Source of the DNA: Octopus sinensis
Taxonomy: Eukaryota
Assembly: GCF_006345805.1 (NCBI RefSeq)
Contig: NC_043019.1
Location: 4,029,360 to 4,093,359, forward strand
Direction: 5' to 3'
Length of the DNA: 64,000 nucleotides
The notes under the pieces: model-generated
Told to the model about the DNA's origin: nothing
The model's input: the letters and a program-made list of their open reading frames with translations, nothing else
Databases searched by the model: none
Position numbers and translations under genes: made by a program
Part shown: one piece after another, positions 1 to 12,197 of the stretch
Numbering within the stretch: the stretch's first letter is position 1
How the letters are laid out: every line of letters starts with the position of its first letter

Positions 1-349
1 AGCAGAAGTTCTGAGGAGAACCAGATCATCCCTGGCTCAACAGGATGCTTCAACCGTTTTACTCTCCTTGATCTTGGCTCTCAGAATTTGTCACTTGTGC
101 CTCTTATACGTGTGGTGGTGAAGGTCTTCTTACAGGGCACAGGCATGGTTGCGTGGTAGGAAACTTATTTCTCTATCACATGGGTCTAGGTTCAGTCCCA
201 CTGCTTAGCACCTTGAGCAAGTGTCTTATTCTATAGCCTTGGACAAACCAAAGCCTTGTGAGTGGATTTAGAAGACAGAAGCTTAAAGAAACCCATCGCT
301 ATATATATATATATATACATATATAGATATACTACATATATATATATAT

Positions 350-394
<45 letters not shown>

Positions 395-424
395 TCTATA
401 TCTATATATATATATATATATATA

Positions 425-465
<41 letters not shown>

Positions 466-699
466 CATATATACGTACAAAAATAATAGAGGAAAATGGA
501 GTAACTTAGCTATTCAGCAAAAGAGACTGATAGAATAAGTAGTGGGGAGTCGATTCATTTGACTAAAAATTTCTTCCTGACAATGCCCCAGCATGACCTC
601 AGTCTAATGGCTGAAACAAATAAAAGATAACAGGTATGTATCAAAATAAGTATCTTTTTCTTTTACTTATATTTAATTTTCCCTCTGATTTTGTTTGTA

Positions 700-1155
700 T
701 CGACCAATCACTACCACCACCACCAGCTCTACCAGTAACATTACTACCATTGCTACCATTACTATTACCACCACCACCACCATCATCACCACTACTCCCA
801 CCTGCACCAAAATTAATACCAAAACCACCATCGCCACTACTACCACCATGATTACCATCACTGCCGACACCACTACCACCACCACTACAATCACCACCAC
901 ACCACCACCACTATAATCCCCACCATCATCACCACTGCCGCCATCATCACCATCACCGCCACTCACCACTATCCCTGCCACCTGTACTATTACTACTACC
1001 ACCACCATCATCCTCAGACCACCACCATCATCAACACTACTACCATCATTATCATTATCACCACGACTGCTACCACCACCACTACAATCAACATCACTGT
1101 CACCACCATCATTGCCACTACCACCACCACCACCAACAACACCTCTGCCACTTTG
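700..1155. repeat. (ACC/ATC)n low-complexity tract before exon 9 (shorter versions at about 31630-31855 and 53150-53375)
   Basis: Trinucleotide-rich tract giving poly-T/H/P/V pseudo-ORFs. Confidence 0.9.
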
Positions 1156-1197
1156 AACTCGATCTTACCATTGAACCACTAGGCCATCATATTCCAG

Positions 1198-1462
1198 GCA
1201 GGAAATCTCCAACAGCCTGACATATTTTCATGACGCTTTGGATATCTACAACCAGATAAACCCAAATTTCATTGGAAGGATCACTGTCATTCACGCAATT
1301 GCTCACTGCTATCTGCTGAAAGAGGAATTCGATAAAGCCAAGATTATTTTTCAGGACATATTGAATGGTAACACCGACCATTTGTTGAGCAGCGTATCAG
1401 AGGTTGAAGTTTTCTCAATGGCCTTCGAACACCTGGTTTATCTCAATTTGGAAAACCCTCAG
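1198..1462 (+). CDS. Copy A exon 9 homologue (upstream paralogue; 5' part outside the window)
   Basis: Same 265-nt length and splice sites as 31899-32163, open frame; 25 of 88 aa differ from copy B. Confidence 0.8.
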
Positions 1463-1964
1463 GTATGGTTAATTATAGCATGTATTGTAATTGTTGATTG
1501 ATTGCGGGATTCATTGATGATTGACAGATTGATGGCTTGATTGATGGATATATGGGTTGAGTGAAAGATGGAGGGATAGATTAATGCAGTGGTTTTAAAC
1601 CTGGGTCTACATGACCCTTAGGGGCTCAAATAAGGTTCTGTTACAATTTATGTGCAATAAATTGGTTATACTTCTAAAATACAAAAAAATATTTTAACAA
1701 TTTTTTTAATACAATAACCAAGTGCCCCAGCATGGTCACAGCCTTAGGGTTGAAATGTATAAAAGAATAAAAAAATAAAAGAATGGGATTTTTTAAACAT
1801 TGAATGGTTAAGAAGATCTCTTTGAGTAAAATAGGAACCAAAGTGGTCCAGAGGGCAGAAAATGGTTGAGAGGCATAGGATTAATGGAAGGATGGGTTGG
1901 TATGACTTCTTCATTCTTCAAGTAGCTGCTACCGTGAGGAATTTTATTATGATATGTCAGCTAA

Positions 1965-2630
1965 AGAAGAGCAAGCTGGCAGAATCGTTACTGTACCAGG
2001 CAAAATACTTAACAGATTTTCGTCCGTCTTTACATTCTGAGTTCAAATTCTGCTGATGTCAGTTTTACCTTTCATCCTTTCGGGGTCAATAAAATAAGAA
2101 CCAATTGAGCAGTGGGTCGATGTAATCAGCTTTCCACCCGATTCGTTGAATTGCTGGCCTGTGCCAAAATGCGAAATCAATATTATTCTCTGTATTAAGG
2201 TGTCAAACAGGTAGAATCATTAGCATGCTGGGCAAAATGGTTATTGGCATTTCGTCCGCCTTCCCGTTCTGAGTTCAAATTCTGCTGGAGTCTGTTTTGC
2301 CTTTTGTTCTTTGGGGGTCAAAAAAATAAGTACCAGTTGAGCACTGGGGTTGATGTAATTTACGCTCACTCCTGAAATTGCTGGCCTTGTGCCAAAATTT
2401 GAAACCATAGCGATATGTCAGGTTAGGGCCTCAAGATGACAGAATCGTTACCTTGCTAGACAAAATACTTACCAGTTTTGCTCCTGGCTCTTTTATGTTC
2501 TCAGTTCAGATACTACCAAGGTTGACTTGGCCTTTCATCCTTTCAAGGTCAATAGAATACCAGTTGAGTACTGGGGTCAATATAATTAACTAAACCATTC
2601 GTCCAAGTTTTCAGGCTTTGTGCCTATAGT
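1965..2630 (+). repeat. Cluster of degenerate S3-related SINE copies (also about 20705-20900, 29195-29860, 33755-34420, 50690-51350, 55285-55950)
   Basis: Recurrent gctggcagaatcgttag...ttctgagttcaaattc...tttcatcctttcggggtc...aagtaccagtt. Confidence 0.75.
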
Positions 2631-3032
2631 AGGAAAAAATTATGTCAGGTATCTCGGTCCTCCATTAGTTTTGGTAATTCCTCAGTTTCGTGAAGTGCCT
2701 CCCTACCAATTACATTCTACCAGTATACGAAGTTTGAAAGTGTTTACTTACAAAAAATTATTTTCGAAATCTGCCGGTCAAAACGCAAAGATCCTCGACA
2801 AAACTTAATCGTCGTTAGAAGGCAAACAATGGTGGATTTCTCCGAATAAAAGTTTTGATTGAAAATTAATTTTTACCGCTATTCGCTGGTGCCTCTGGGA
2901 AAAATAAGTTGACGAAAACACAGCTAGGACCATGACGAATGTCCTCCTAAAATTGGAGCGACAAGCATGCTAATTTGTGGACGTGCATAAATTACATTCA
3001 CGTACACACACACACACACACACACACACTGC

Positions 3033-3119
<87 letters not shown>

Positions 3120-3480
3120 CAGATGGTAATAACGGTTTTTACGGAACGCTTGCAATCACAAAAACACACACATCTGAGTTTATCGTAGGTTAGCTTATAT
3201 GTCCGAATGCAATTTCCTTTTGGAAATTCTCTCTGAAAAAAATGCCCAAGTGAGTGGTTTCAAATATGGGAATTTGAATTTTATTTCTGTAATTGAGTAG
3301 ATTGAGTGTGGAAACAGCAGAAGGCAGGAATTGCTTTGCATAAATTTGAATCTCTTTAAATAGATAACGTCTGTACCTCAATGTTTTTCTAATTTCTTCA
3401 TTTTCTTCATTTTCTCATTCATATATTAAACACACGCATACACACACACATATGTGTGTGTAGCGGTAGATAGATAATTG

Positions 3481-3861
3481 GAGGCGCAATGGCCCAGTGG
3501 TTAGGGCAGCGGACTCGCGGTCGTACCATCGCGGTTTCGATTCCCAGACCGGGCGTTGTGAGTGTTTATTGAGCGAAAACATCTAAAGCTCCACGAGGCT
3601 CCGGCAGGGATGGTGGTGATCCATGCTGTACTCTTTCACCACAACTTTCTCTCACTCTTACTTCCTGTTTCTGTTGTACCTGTATTTCAAAGGGCCGGCC
3701 TTGTCACTCTCTGTGTCACGCTGAATATCCCCGAGAACTACGTTAAGGGTACACGTGTCTGTGGAGCGCTCAGCCACTTACACGTTAATTTCACGAGCAG
3801 GCTGTTCCGTTGATCGGATCAACTGGAACCCTCATCGTCGTAACCGACGGAGTGCTTCCCC
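3481..3861 (+). mobile_element. tRNA-derived SINE family S1 with 9-bp TSD (copies at 9261-9639, 35221-35601, 41552-41930; truncated near 31445 and 52942)
   Basis: Head gaggcgcaatggcccagtggttagggcagcggac...gtttcgattccc; TSD agataattg at 3472-3480 and 3862-3870. Confidence 0.85.
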
Positions 3862-4347
3862 AGATAATTGAATGATCTCCCTTACAAGAAACATCATAGA
3901 GTAACCTTCATTTCATAAGTTTCTCGAAGCATCTATGTCATGAGACATGATTTTTAATCATTCAAGAAACTTAGCGTTTCTCTTGGAAGTTTCTAGAATG
4001 TCTTGCGTTCCATTAATAAAAACAATTAGCTAACCCAGCTTTTCGCTCCTTAGTCAATTAGACTTAGAGCCAATTACGTCATTGCTATGTCCTTCTATTT
4101 CTCTATGCCACATGACTGAAACCACCACCTAGCTGTTATTTCTACATTTTCTATCTCTGAATTTTCTTGTATAGATTACTTTATTCAACTGGATTCTACA
4201 TTTTGATTTTATGTATCATTGACCAGTAAATAAAATATATTTTTATGTAGTAAATATATAGGTCTTGAACTTATTCTTTCATCTCTTTATGGACTCTGGC
4301 AATAACATACATGTAGCCACTTCAACATCTTGTACCTACTTTATATT

Positions 4348-4385
<38 letters not shown>

Positions 4386-4393
4386 AATATATA

Positions 4394-4563
4394 GGCGCAG
4401 GAGTGTCTCTGTGGTAAGTAGCTTGCTAACCAACACATGGTTCCGGGTTCATTCCCAATGCGTGGCATATTGGGCAAGTGTCTTCTGCTATAGCCCCGGG
4501 CCGACCAATGCCTTGCGGGTGGATTTGGTAGACGGAAACTGAAAGAAGCCTGTCATATATACG

Positions 4564-4639
<76 letters not shown>

Positions 4640-4840
4640 TGTGTCTGTGTTTGTCCCCCTAGCATTGCTTGACAACCGATGCTGGTGTGTTTACGTCCCC
4701 GTCACATAGCGGTTCGGCAAAAAGTGACCGATAGAATAAGTACTGGGCTTACAAAGAATAAGTCCTGGGGTCGATTTGCTCGACTAAAGGCGGTGCTCCA
4801 GCATGGCCGCAGTCAAATGACTGAAACAAGTAAAAGAGTA
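4394..4840 (+). mobile_element. SINE family S2 with internal (TA)(TG) microsatellite (copy at about 36148-36590; reversed relatives at about 13925-14270 and 24540-24700)
   Basis: Head ggcgcaggagtg..gtggtaagtagcttgct...gggttcattccc; flanked by ggaatatata on both sides. Confidence 0.75.
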
Positions 4841-5108
4841 TAGGAATATATATATATATCTTTTGTCCTTACCTTCGCAACGTGGAGTAGATGAAACAGG
4901 GACAAGTGAAGAGAAATATACCTTATGTTGTATGTATCGTTTCTCTGGGTTTTTTTTTTGTTGTTCGAAAAAAAGTTCGTTTCTATGTTTTTGTTTTTTG
5001 TTTTCGTTTCTCATTGTGTTCAACGTTTCTTATGTCCTGTACCCATATATACATATATATGTAGGTATGTACTTATAAATGTGTATATGTGCATATATTT
5101 ATATAATT

Positions 5109-5143
<35 letters not shown>

Positions 5144-5242
5144 TATATAGTAAGGATAAGATCGTTAATTTAATATGAAAGAACGATTTTTTTCAAGTGG
5201 TCAGCATCGTAGATACCCTAATTTATAATTTTATTATATATA

Positions 5243-5430
5243 TATAAATGGAGTTTAACGCAGGTATAAATCAAATACTTTTACTTTCGACACATGTTTC
5301 TTCACATCCCTGAAGAGAAAATTGCATTGTTTTATACCATTTAATTCCTTTGAATAATATCAGTGAATAATATTCGAAACACGTCAAAAGTGAAAGTATT
5401 TGATTTATACCTGCGTTAAACTCCATTTAT
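5243..5430. repeat. Small foldback element (~57-bp arms) with hammerhead-like remnants; duplicate at about 36996-37183
   Basis: ataaatggagtttaacgcaggtataaatcaaatactt... and its reverse complement; inner end GAAACACGTC. Confidence 0.8.
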
Positions 5431-5629
5431 TTATTTATATATCATACAAAAAATTCCAAGTAAACCCTAAGTTTCTACCTTTAAAAACAAGGAGTTACAC
5501 CCTCTTTACTTGTGTAATTTTTTGCTAGCCTGGTAAATACTTATCTATTTTGTCCTTGTTAATTGTTAACAAGGGAAAAATACACTCATCTATATATAAT
5601 GTTGTTTAATTTCACTTTGTTACATCTAG

Positions 5630-5948
5630 AACCAGCTGTTTCATTTGGAAAATCTTTTGAACGAAATAAGACAACTATTGAAACGAAGTGTAAATGAGAA
5701 ACAGAAGCTACGATATTCCAATGCTATTGCCAAGTACCATTCCTTGAAACTACTCCTTTAGATAAACTCAACCAAAATGAAGAACGGGCTGGACTCCTCA
5801 TGGACTCAATCCCAGTTCTTTGTATTATTGTAAGAACTTCAGGCAATATTTGAATTGTTCTCAAGAGAATTATATTCATAAAGTTTGCGGACTGAGATCT
5901 AATTTATATGAAATCGATATTCAACAACGATTAAAGATTGTAGAATAA
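5630..5948 (+). pseudogene. Copy A terminal exon with two 1-bp deletions (early TAG at 5759-5761)
   Basis: Near-identical to 37381-37701 but ctcctttag versus ctcctgttag and tgtattattg versus tgtatttattg; could be real decay or consensus indel error. Confidence 0.65.
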
Positions 5949-7037
5949 AGAATGGTTTATGATTGTACATTTTTGGTATGATTGACTACATTATAGCTGT
6001 GGGCAGTTTAATAGATGAACTCAAACATATCACAGCCTGATGAAGGATAAGCAATCCGAGACTTCGAAGCTGTTCTTGTTAAAGTATAATAAATAAAACT
6101 ATTGAAAAGGTTGCAAGACGCAACGAAAATTTTAGGACAATAAAAATAAGAAAAACGTGGAAATTTTACCGGTGAAGAAAATGACTCTCCCCAGACACAA
6201 CAGATTATGCTTCAACATACGAACTCATATAAAGAATCTTGCGAACCAAATCCAAAAACGAAAAATAGTAAATAAATACTCGAGAAAAAGTATTCTGTTT
6301 AAAGTAAAATTATTGTCAGATAACCAGATATTGGATAGTTGGATGGTTATCTAAAACACATGTGCTTCCGAGTCAGAGATGGAAGGCATAGAATAAATAT
6401 TCGACAGTTCCTTGCGGCAGAAGGTGACAAAATGCCACATTTCGTTTGTGGTTGTTGTAAAAAGGAGAGAGCGGGAACGAAATGAAGTCACGGAAAATAA
6501 TTGTGTGGAATTTACTAAGAGTTACGTCCCCTGGTCTCTAAATTCTTATGTTTGGCTATAAGAATGCGAATCTGTTGGGTAGAAATATGTGTAGGGTGTT
6601 AAGGGGTTGGTAGGCGTGTAGGGTGTTAAGGGGTTGGTAGGCGTGTAGGGTTGATAAATGTTTTCGGAGTTCTTTGGTGGGGTTTGAATAGGGGCGCAGA
6701 TGCCTGAACCTTTAACACCCTGTTTGGGCACGTATTCATATGTGCATTTATATGTATATAGTGTTTTTGAAGGCACGTGACTTAGTGGCAAGGGGCCATT
6801 CGCCTCGCGGTCGTAAGGTCCTTAGTTCGATTCCCGTTGGCGCGTTGTATCCTTGAGCAAGATACTTTATTTCACGTTGCTCCAGCCCACTCATCTGGCG
6901 AAAAGGAGTAATCTTGATAGTTCAATTGTCACCTATTATATTGACAGATAAATTCCTCTATTTAGATAACATCGAGTTTTCTTTCATCTCTTTTGTTGCC
7001 TTACCATTTCTATCAATATATATATATATATATATAT

Positions 7038-7110
<73 letters not shown>

Positions 7111-7125
7111 ATATACATATTATAT

Positions 7126-7167
<42 letters not shown>

Positions 7168-7171
7168 CATA

Positions 7172-7230
<59 letters not shown>

Positions 7231-7699
7231 CATATGTAGCGGATAATGCAATATGCTGGAAGCGAAGAGGATGTTGATTTCACGAAAGAAAGACAGTGGC
7301 CGAAGTGGTGAATAACGTATTTATTTCTCCACTACATATAATTACAGCCAAACCACGACGGGTAGACGTGTATGAAAACAGTTGGATAGCATACGAGGTA
7401 ACGAGAGATATATTTTCTAGTGAAAGGGTGGATAGCGTTCTAGCAGCCGTACATAAATAAATCAAGTGATGTTGTCGAAATGAAAGTGAGTGGGTAAGAA
7501 AGTTAGAGAGGGGTGGACAGGACAACTGCATCGTTGGGGAATTCCTTGGCTGTTCCTCTATGACGTTCTGTCGAGACGGTATTTGGAACCGTCTCTGTGT
7601 TTAGCCCCTTGTGGGTAATAAAGAAATAGGTATTTGAAACCGGTCGGCCTGCTCTTTGTCTGTTGTCTCTCCAAATGTTTGTATTTATAACAATATACT

Positions 7700-8327
7700 T
7701 TTCTACTCGAAATTTCGGGGAAGGGGGCCAGTCGATTTGATCTAAAGGGGCTAAACACATAGAGGACAAACAAGGACAGACAAACAGAATAAGTCGATTA
7801 CATCGACCCCAGTGCGTAACTGGTACTTATTTAATCGACCGCGAAAGGATGAAAGGCAAAGTCGACCGCGGCGGAATTTGAACTCAGAACGTAGCGACAG
7901 ACGATATACCTATTTCTTTACTACCCACAAGGGGCTAAACACAGAGGAGACAAACAAAAACAGACAAACGGATTAGGTCGATTACATCGACCCCAGTGCG
8001 TAACTGGTACTTATTTAATCGACCTGAAAAGGATGAAAGGCAAAGTCGACCTCGGTAGAATTTGAACTCAGAACTTAGCGGCAGACGAAATACCTATTTC
8101 TTTTCTACCCACAAGGGGCTAAACACAGAGAGGACGAACACAGACAAACAAACGGATTAAGTCGATTACATCGACCCCAGTACGTAACTGGTACTTAATT
8201 TATCGACCCTGAAAGGATGAAAGGCAAAGTCGACCTCGGTGGAATTTAAACTCAGAACGTAACGGCAGACGAAATACCGCTCAGCATTTCACCCGCCGTG
8301 CTAACGTTTCTGCTAGCTGGCCACCTT
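7700..8327 (-). repeat. Head-to-tail SINE S3 array, minus strand (duplicate at about 40021-40617)
   Basis: Three or more ~185-bp units of atcgaccccagtgcgtaactggtac...gaactcagaacgt. Confidence 0.85.
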
Positions 8328-8444
8328 AGTTATAGCAATATACACAATAGTTACACGGGTGTACACACCGTTGTGAACAAAGGGTGGGTGGATGTAGGTC
8401 GACCGTTATCGTACGTGAACTTGTTACGATACTCACGGTTCACA

Positions 8445-10170
8445 GGTCAACAAAGAAATACCTTATTCATGGTTCCCTTATTGACAGAACGAAAAGTGGA
8501 ATGACATGAGAGAAGTTTTAGATTCGATTTCGAATCTCAGCTAGGAAGAGAAATTCCAGTTTCTACAACACTCACTTTCCTGTGGAAGAGCTAAAAATCG
8601 AACGATACAGTTGCTTGTGTAGTTATGACTGCATATGTGTTTCAGGAAAAATGCAGAAAATGTATATACAGTCATTTACACACGAATGAATACTTGTCAA
8701 AAACAGGTCAGGAGAGTGCAGTGGTTCATGAAGGCTTGGCGTGGATTCGATCCTCGATCGCCAATTTTAATTTAACAGTTCAACAGCACTTTTCTCACAG
8801 CAAAACAATAGTTTTTCTGTGAGTGACAGCAGTTACATTTGCCAGATACCATCGCTAAGCAGAATAATGGTTTTGCCACTTGACCCTTATAATCTCTTCT
8901 GGGCCACCAAAAGCTAGAATAGAGATAAAAGGTACCACCAACGAAATCTATTGTTCTCAACAATGTGTCTATACTTCTGTCTGGTTTGGGATAGTTATAA
9001 AAACAAGAACTCGGCAAGCCAAAGTCAGTTAGTGAGAACCGAGTCTGGCTGACCGGCTGAACAAAGGGACAACTATGGTAACTCACCAACGAAGCAGTTG
9101 TTTCGTCCCACCACTCTCCCTTTCACTAACTCACCTGCTTTTCTTTGTAACATTACCATCTCTCTCTATATATACTACTATGAAATCGTGTACACACCTA
9201 CCGGCCGAAATTAACTCTTTTTACCTTTCATGCTTTTCTATTTAACCAGTTATACATACCGGAGGCGCAATGGCCCAGTGGTTAGGGCAGCGGACTCGCG
9301 GTCGTAAGATCGCGGTTTCGATTCCCAGACCGGTTATCGTGAGTGTTTATTGAGCGAAAACACCTAAAGCTTCACAAGGCTCCTGCAGGGGGTGGTGGTG
9401 AACTCTGCTGTACTCTTTCACCACAACTTTCTCTCACTCTTTCTTCCTGTTTCTGTTGTACCTGTATTTCAAAGGGCAAGCCTTGTCACACTCTGTGTCA
9501 CGCTGAATCTCCTCGAGAACTACGTTAAGGGTACACGTATCTGTGGAGTGCTCAGCCACTTGCACGTTAATTCGACGAGCAAGCTGTTCCGTTGATCGTA
9601 TCAGCTGGGACCCTCCTCGTCGTAACCGACGGAGTGCTCCTACTATTATAAATACCAACCTGTCGTGGTTTTGGATATATATTAATGTAAAGGTGAATAA
9701 ATATCTCTTTACAACTTCAATCTCTGTTCTGCTCCCAATCTTGCACACTGGCAACTAACACCTTAACAAAAACCGTTACAATTGGTGACCCCCGACTGCA
9801 ACGACGTAGTACTAACCGTTACAAGAGGGAAATACCTTAATCATGGTTCCCTTATTGACAGAACCATGGGTGGAATGGCAAGAGAGAAGTTTTAGATTGG
9901 AACTTCGATTCTCAACCAGGAAGAGAAAACTCAACCAGGAAGAGAATATCAGTTCCTACAACACTCACCTTCTAGTGAGAGAGGTAAAATCGAACGATAC
10001 AGGTGCTTGTGAAGTTATGACTGCATATGTGTTTCAGGATAAATGCAGAATATTTATATACAGTCATTCACAAACGAATGAATACTTGTCAAAAACAGGT
10101 CACGAGAGAAATACATTAATCATGGTTCCCTTATTGAGAGAACAATAAGTGGAATGGCAAGAGAGAAGTT
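8445..10170 (+). repeat. ~270-bp satellite-like tandem unit interrupted by the LTR remnant (duplicate at about 40735-42460)
   Basis: Unit gaaatacctt..catggttcccttattgacagaac...tacttgtcaaaaacaggtca at 8455-8716, 9828-10105, partial third at 10106-10170. Confidence 0.75.
8717..9823 (+). mobile_element. LTR-retrotransposon remnant (LTR, tRNA-Trp PBS, LTR-end stub) with 4-bp TSD; duplicate at 41008-42111
   Basis: Starts TGCAG, ends CCGTTACA, AGAG on both flanks (8713-8716, 9824-9827), attggtgacccccgac after the first aaccgttaca (9780); SINE S1 nested inside. Confidence 0.7.
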
Positions 10171-10299
10171 AGTCATCATCAGTAGATGTTTTGGGTTTAG
10201 CACAAAAAATAGGTGGGCGTCAAAAGTGTTCTGTATGTTCTCATGAAAAACTCTCTCTTAAAAAGCTTGAGTACCTCCATTGAATACATAAATTCGTGG

Positions 10300-10490
10300 A
10301 ACAATTCCGACATTTGGGACGCTTGACTGGTCTGTAGAAGAAATCCACTGCATAGACATTAACACCCGCAAGGTTCTGACGTCAACAAGAAATCTCCACA
10401 GAAATTGTGATATCGACAGGTTTCCCTACGTGAGAAGAGATAAAGGAGGTAGGCGTTTGAGATCCGTGCATACAGCATTTGAAATGTCAC
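10300..10490 (+). mobile_element. Non-LTR retrotransposon RT C-terminal remnant (R4/RTE-X-like motif); duplicate at about 42580-42770
   Basis: Translates TFGTLDWSVEEIHCIDINTRKVLTSTRNLHRNCDIDRFPYVRRDKGGRRL, resembling the recalled SFG..W...E...D..TRK.L....LH...D.DRLY..R..GGRGL pattern. Confidence 0.7.
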
Positions 10491-10550
10491 ATAGTCTCTC
10501 TGATAGCACTAAATACTAGACAGATACAGGAAAGATATATGCAGAAAAGT

Positions 10551-10653
<103 letters not shown>

Positions 10654-11817
10654 GTAGACAGAGAGAGAGAGTGCTCTTGGCAGTGACTGGAGAAATATGA
10701 GATGGGAGAGTGAGAGAGAGAAAGAAAGAAAGGAAGGAAAAAAGGAAGAAAGAAAGAAAGAGAGTGAGTGACATGAAAATAAAGAGAGAGAATGGAGAAA
10801 GATATAGAGAAGAAAGGAGAACGAATCAACAGCGTCGATAGAGTAATTAGACTGTGACAGGGAGGGGGAAATAACCCACATTGATATTCATTCAGTGTGT
10901 AGTTTTCGTGAGGAAATGAAGGAGAAAAATCCAGTTTTCCCACATTTATATCAACCGCTGTCGTCGTTAAAAAATGAAGAAGATAAATAATGTAGGCACA
11001 TTGGATTATATAGCCCTAGATACACAGTGTTTTAAAATAAGAGGTGATGGTCACAGCTAAGACGTCTTTTTGAACCTATGGGTCTGCTTGTTCAGGATTG
11101 TAGGGTGTTTAAAGGACATCAACGTCAGGAGCAGGTGATTATTATTTTAAATATCTTTTATTTGTTTCAGTCACTGGACCGCGAACATGTTGTACACACA
11201 CACACACAAAACACCATATTCCAACCACGCTTGTTCCCCTCTGGTAGGCAACATCCTCTCTCCTCCAGAGCTGGGTCTGTCAGTGGAGAGACCTTGGGTT
11301 TCCGGGTACAGTGGAGGATAGACGGAAACAGATAGTATCGGACAATCTGCATTCAGGTGCCACTCTCAACTCTCTCCTTGATCAATCTGATCAAATGTCA
11401 AGGTGTCACCTAATTTCAGCTCATGCAAAATTCTGGGGAACTGGATTGATGCCTGTGGCCACATTGGGGGTCTACTCAGTCTAGATCGGTGGTTCTCAAC
11501 CAGGGTCCATAAAAGTTATTTTAGGGTCTACACAACAAAATAGTGAATTAGGGACCCACAATAGTATTTCAAGGGGACTTGAAAAAATTTTGCTTTAGAT
11601 GTAAGTTGTTGTTGTTTGTTCCTTCTCGAGCCACTCCTGGCTCCTAAGGACCGGTTTCCCGGTTTCAAGGACGTATAGGTTCTCCACCTGGATGGGACCT
11701 TGGTCTGTCGCGGGTGAGCTGCTAGATGCAGGAGGAGAGAGTGAGAGATATTTAGTAGGCCCTTCAACCCCACAGGTCTTCACAGTCTGTCTTACCACCC
11801 AAATGCTGGTTTGTTTT

Positions 11818-12145
11818 GCTCGTCACACCGAACTAAACCTAATTATTAAGAAACCCTGACTCAGATTAATATCTTCTCAGTCCAGGAGCCGTTGGGGTTA
11901 TCCCGAAGTGGTGGAAAGAGACCAGATGGTCTTATCTTCTGTCCCTGGGTCAGAGGTAAGCCCCTCATTTGGGACACGACAGTCTGAAACTCATTTTTTC
12001 CCCACCACATCCTGGATGCTGCAATTAATGGGAGGGTTACTGCTTCCGTAGCCGAATAGAAGAAAACCCTGAATATCGGGACCTGACAGTGAACTATCTC
12101 TTCCAACTTGTGGCATTTAAGGCGTTCGGAGGGACTGGGCCCCTA
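11818..12145 (+). mobile_element. Restriction-like endonuclease remnant of a CRE-like non-LTR retrotransposon
   Basis: [56 protein letters not shown], then KYRDLTVNYLFQLVAF..FGG after breaks; matches the RH..LN...EP.GL...GKRPDG...PW..G..L.WD.T pattern. Confidence 0.65.
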
Positions 12146-12197
12146 ACTGAAAATTGTAAAACTGAAACTAGTTTTCTTCATAATAGTTCTGTTCTCG

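Noticed and set aside
636-1011. Poly-Pro/Thr/Val/His ORFs (also 26527-26839, 31588-31921, 47979-48315, 53020-53440)
   Set aside because: Trinucleotide repeats in introns of the TPR gene.
3481-3560. Possible tRNA genes at SINE heads
   Set aside because: A/B-box-like heads run into SINE bodies with TSDs; no complete cloverleaf is evident.
3562-3813. Repeated MFIERKHLKLH ORFs (also 9343, 35302, 41634)
   Set aside because: Incidental frames within SINE S1 copies.
4342-4392. Palindrome tatattccc-(TA)n-gggaatata
   Set aside because: Mostly self-complementary TA repeat with short flanks; imperfect in the duplicate copy; likely incidental.
6032-6074. Hammerhead-like motif just downstream of the A/B stop codon (acagc-CTGATGA-aggat..atcc-GAGAC-TTC-gaagctgt; also about 37784)
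   Set aside because: GAAA is changed to GAGA, stem III cannot pair and stem I is offset; at most a dead remnant.
6585-6650. 27-bp G-rich repeat resembling a telomeric or G4 motif
   Set aside because: Only ~2.5 units (1.5 in copy B), not TTAGGG; simple local slippage.
7235-8355. Possible solo LTR (TGTAGCGG...AGTTACA)
   Set aside because: No target-site duplication, PBS or second copy outside the segmental duplication.
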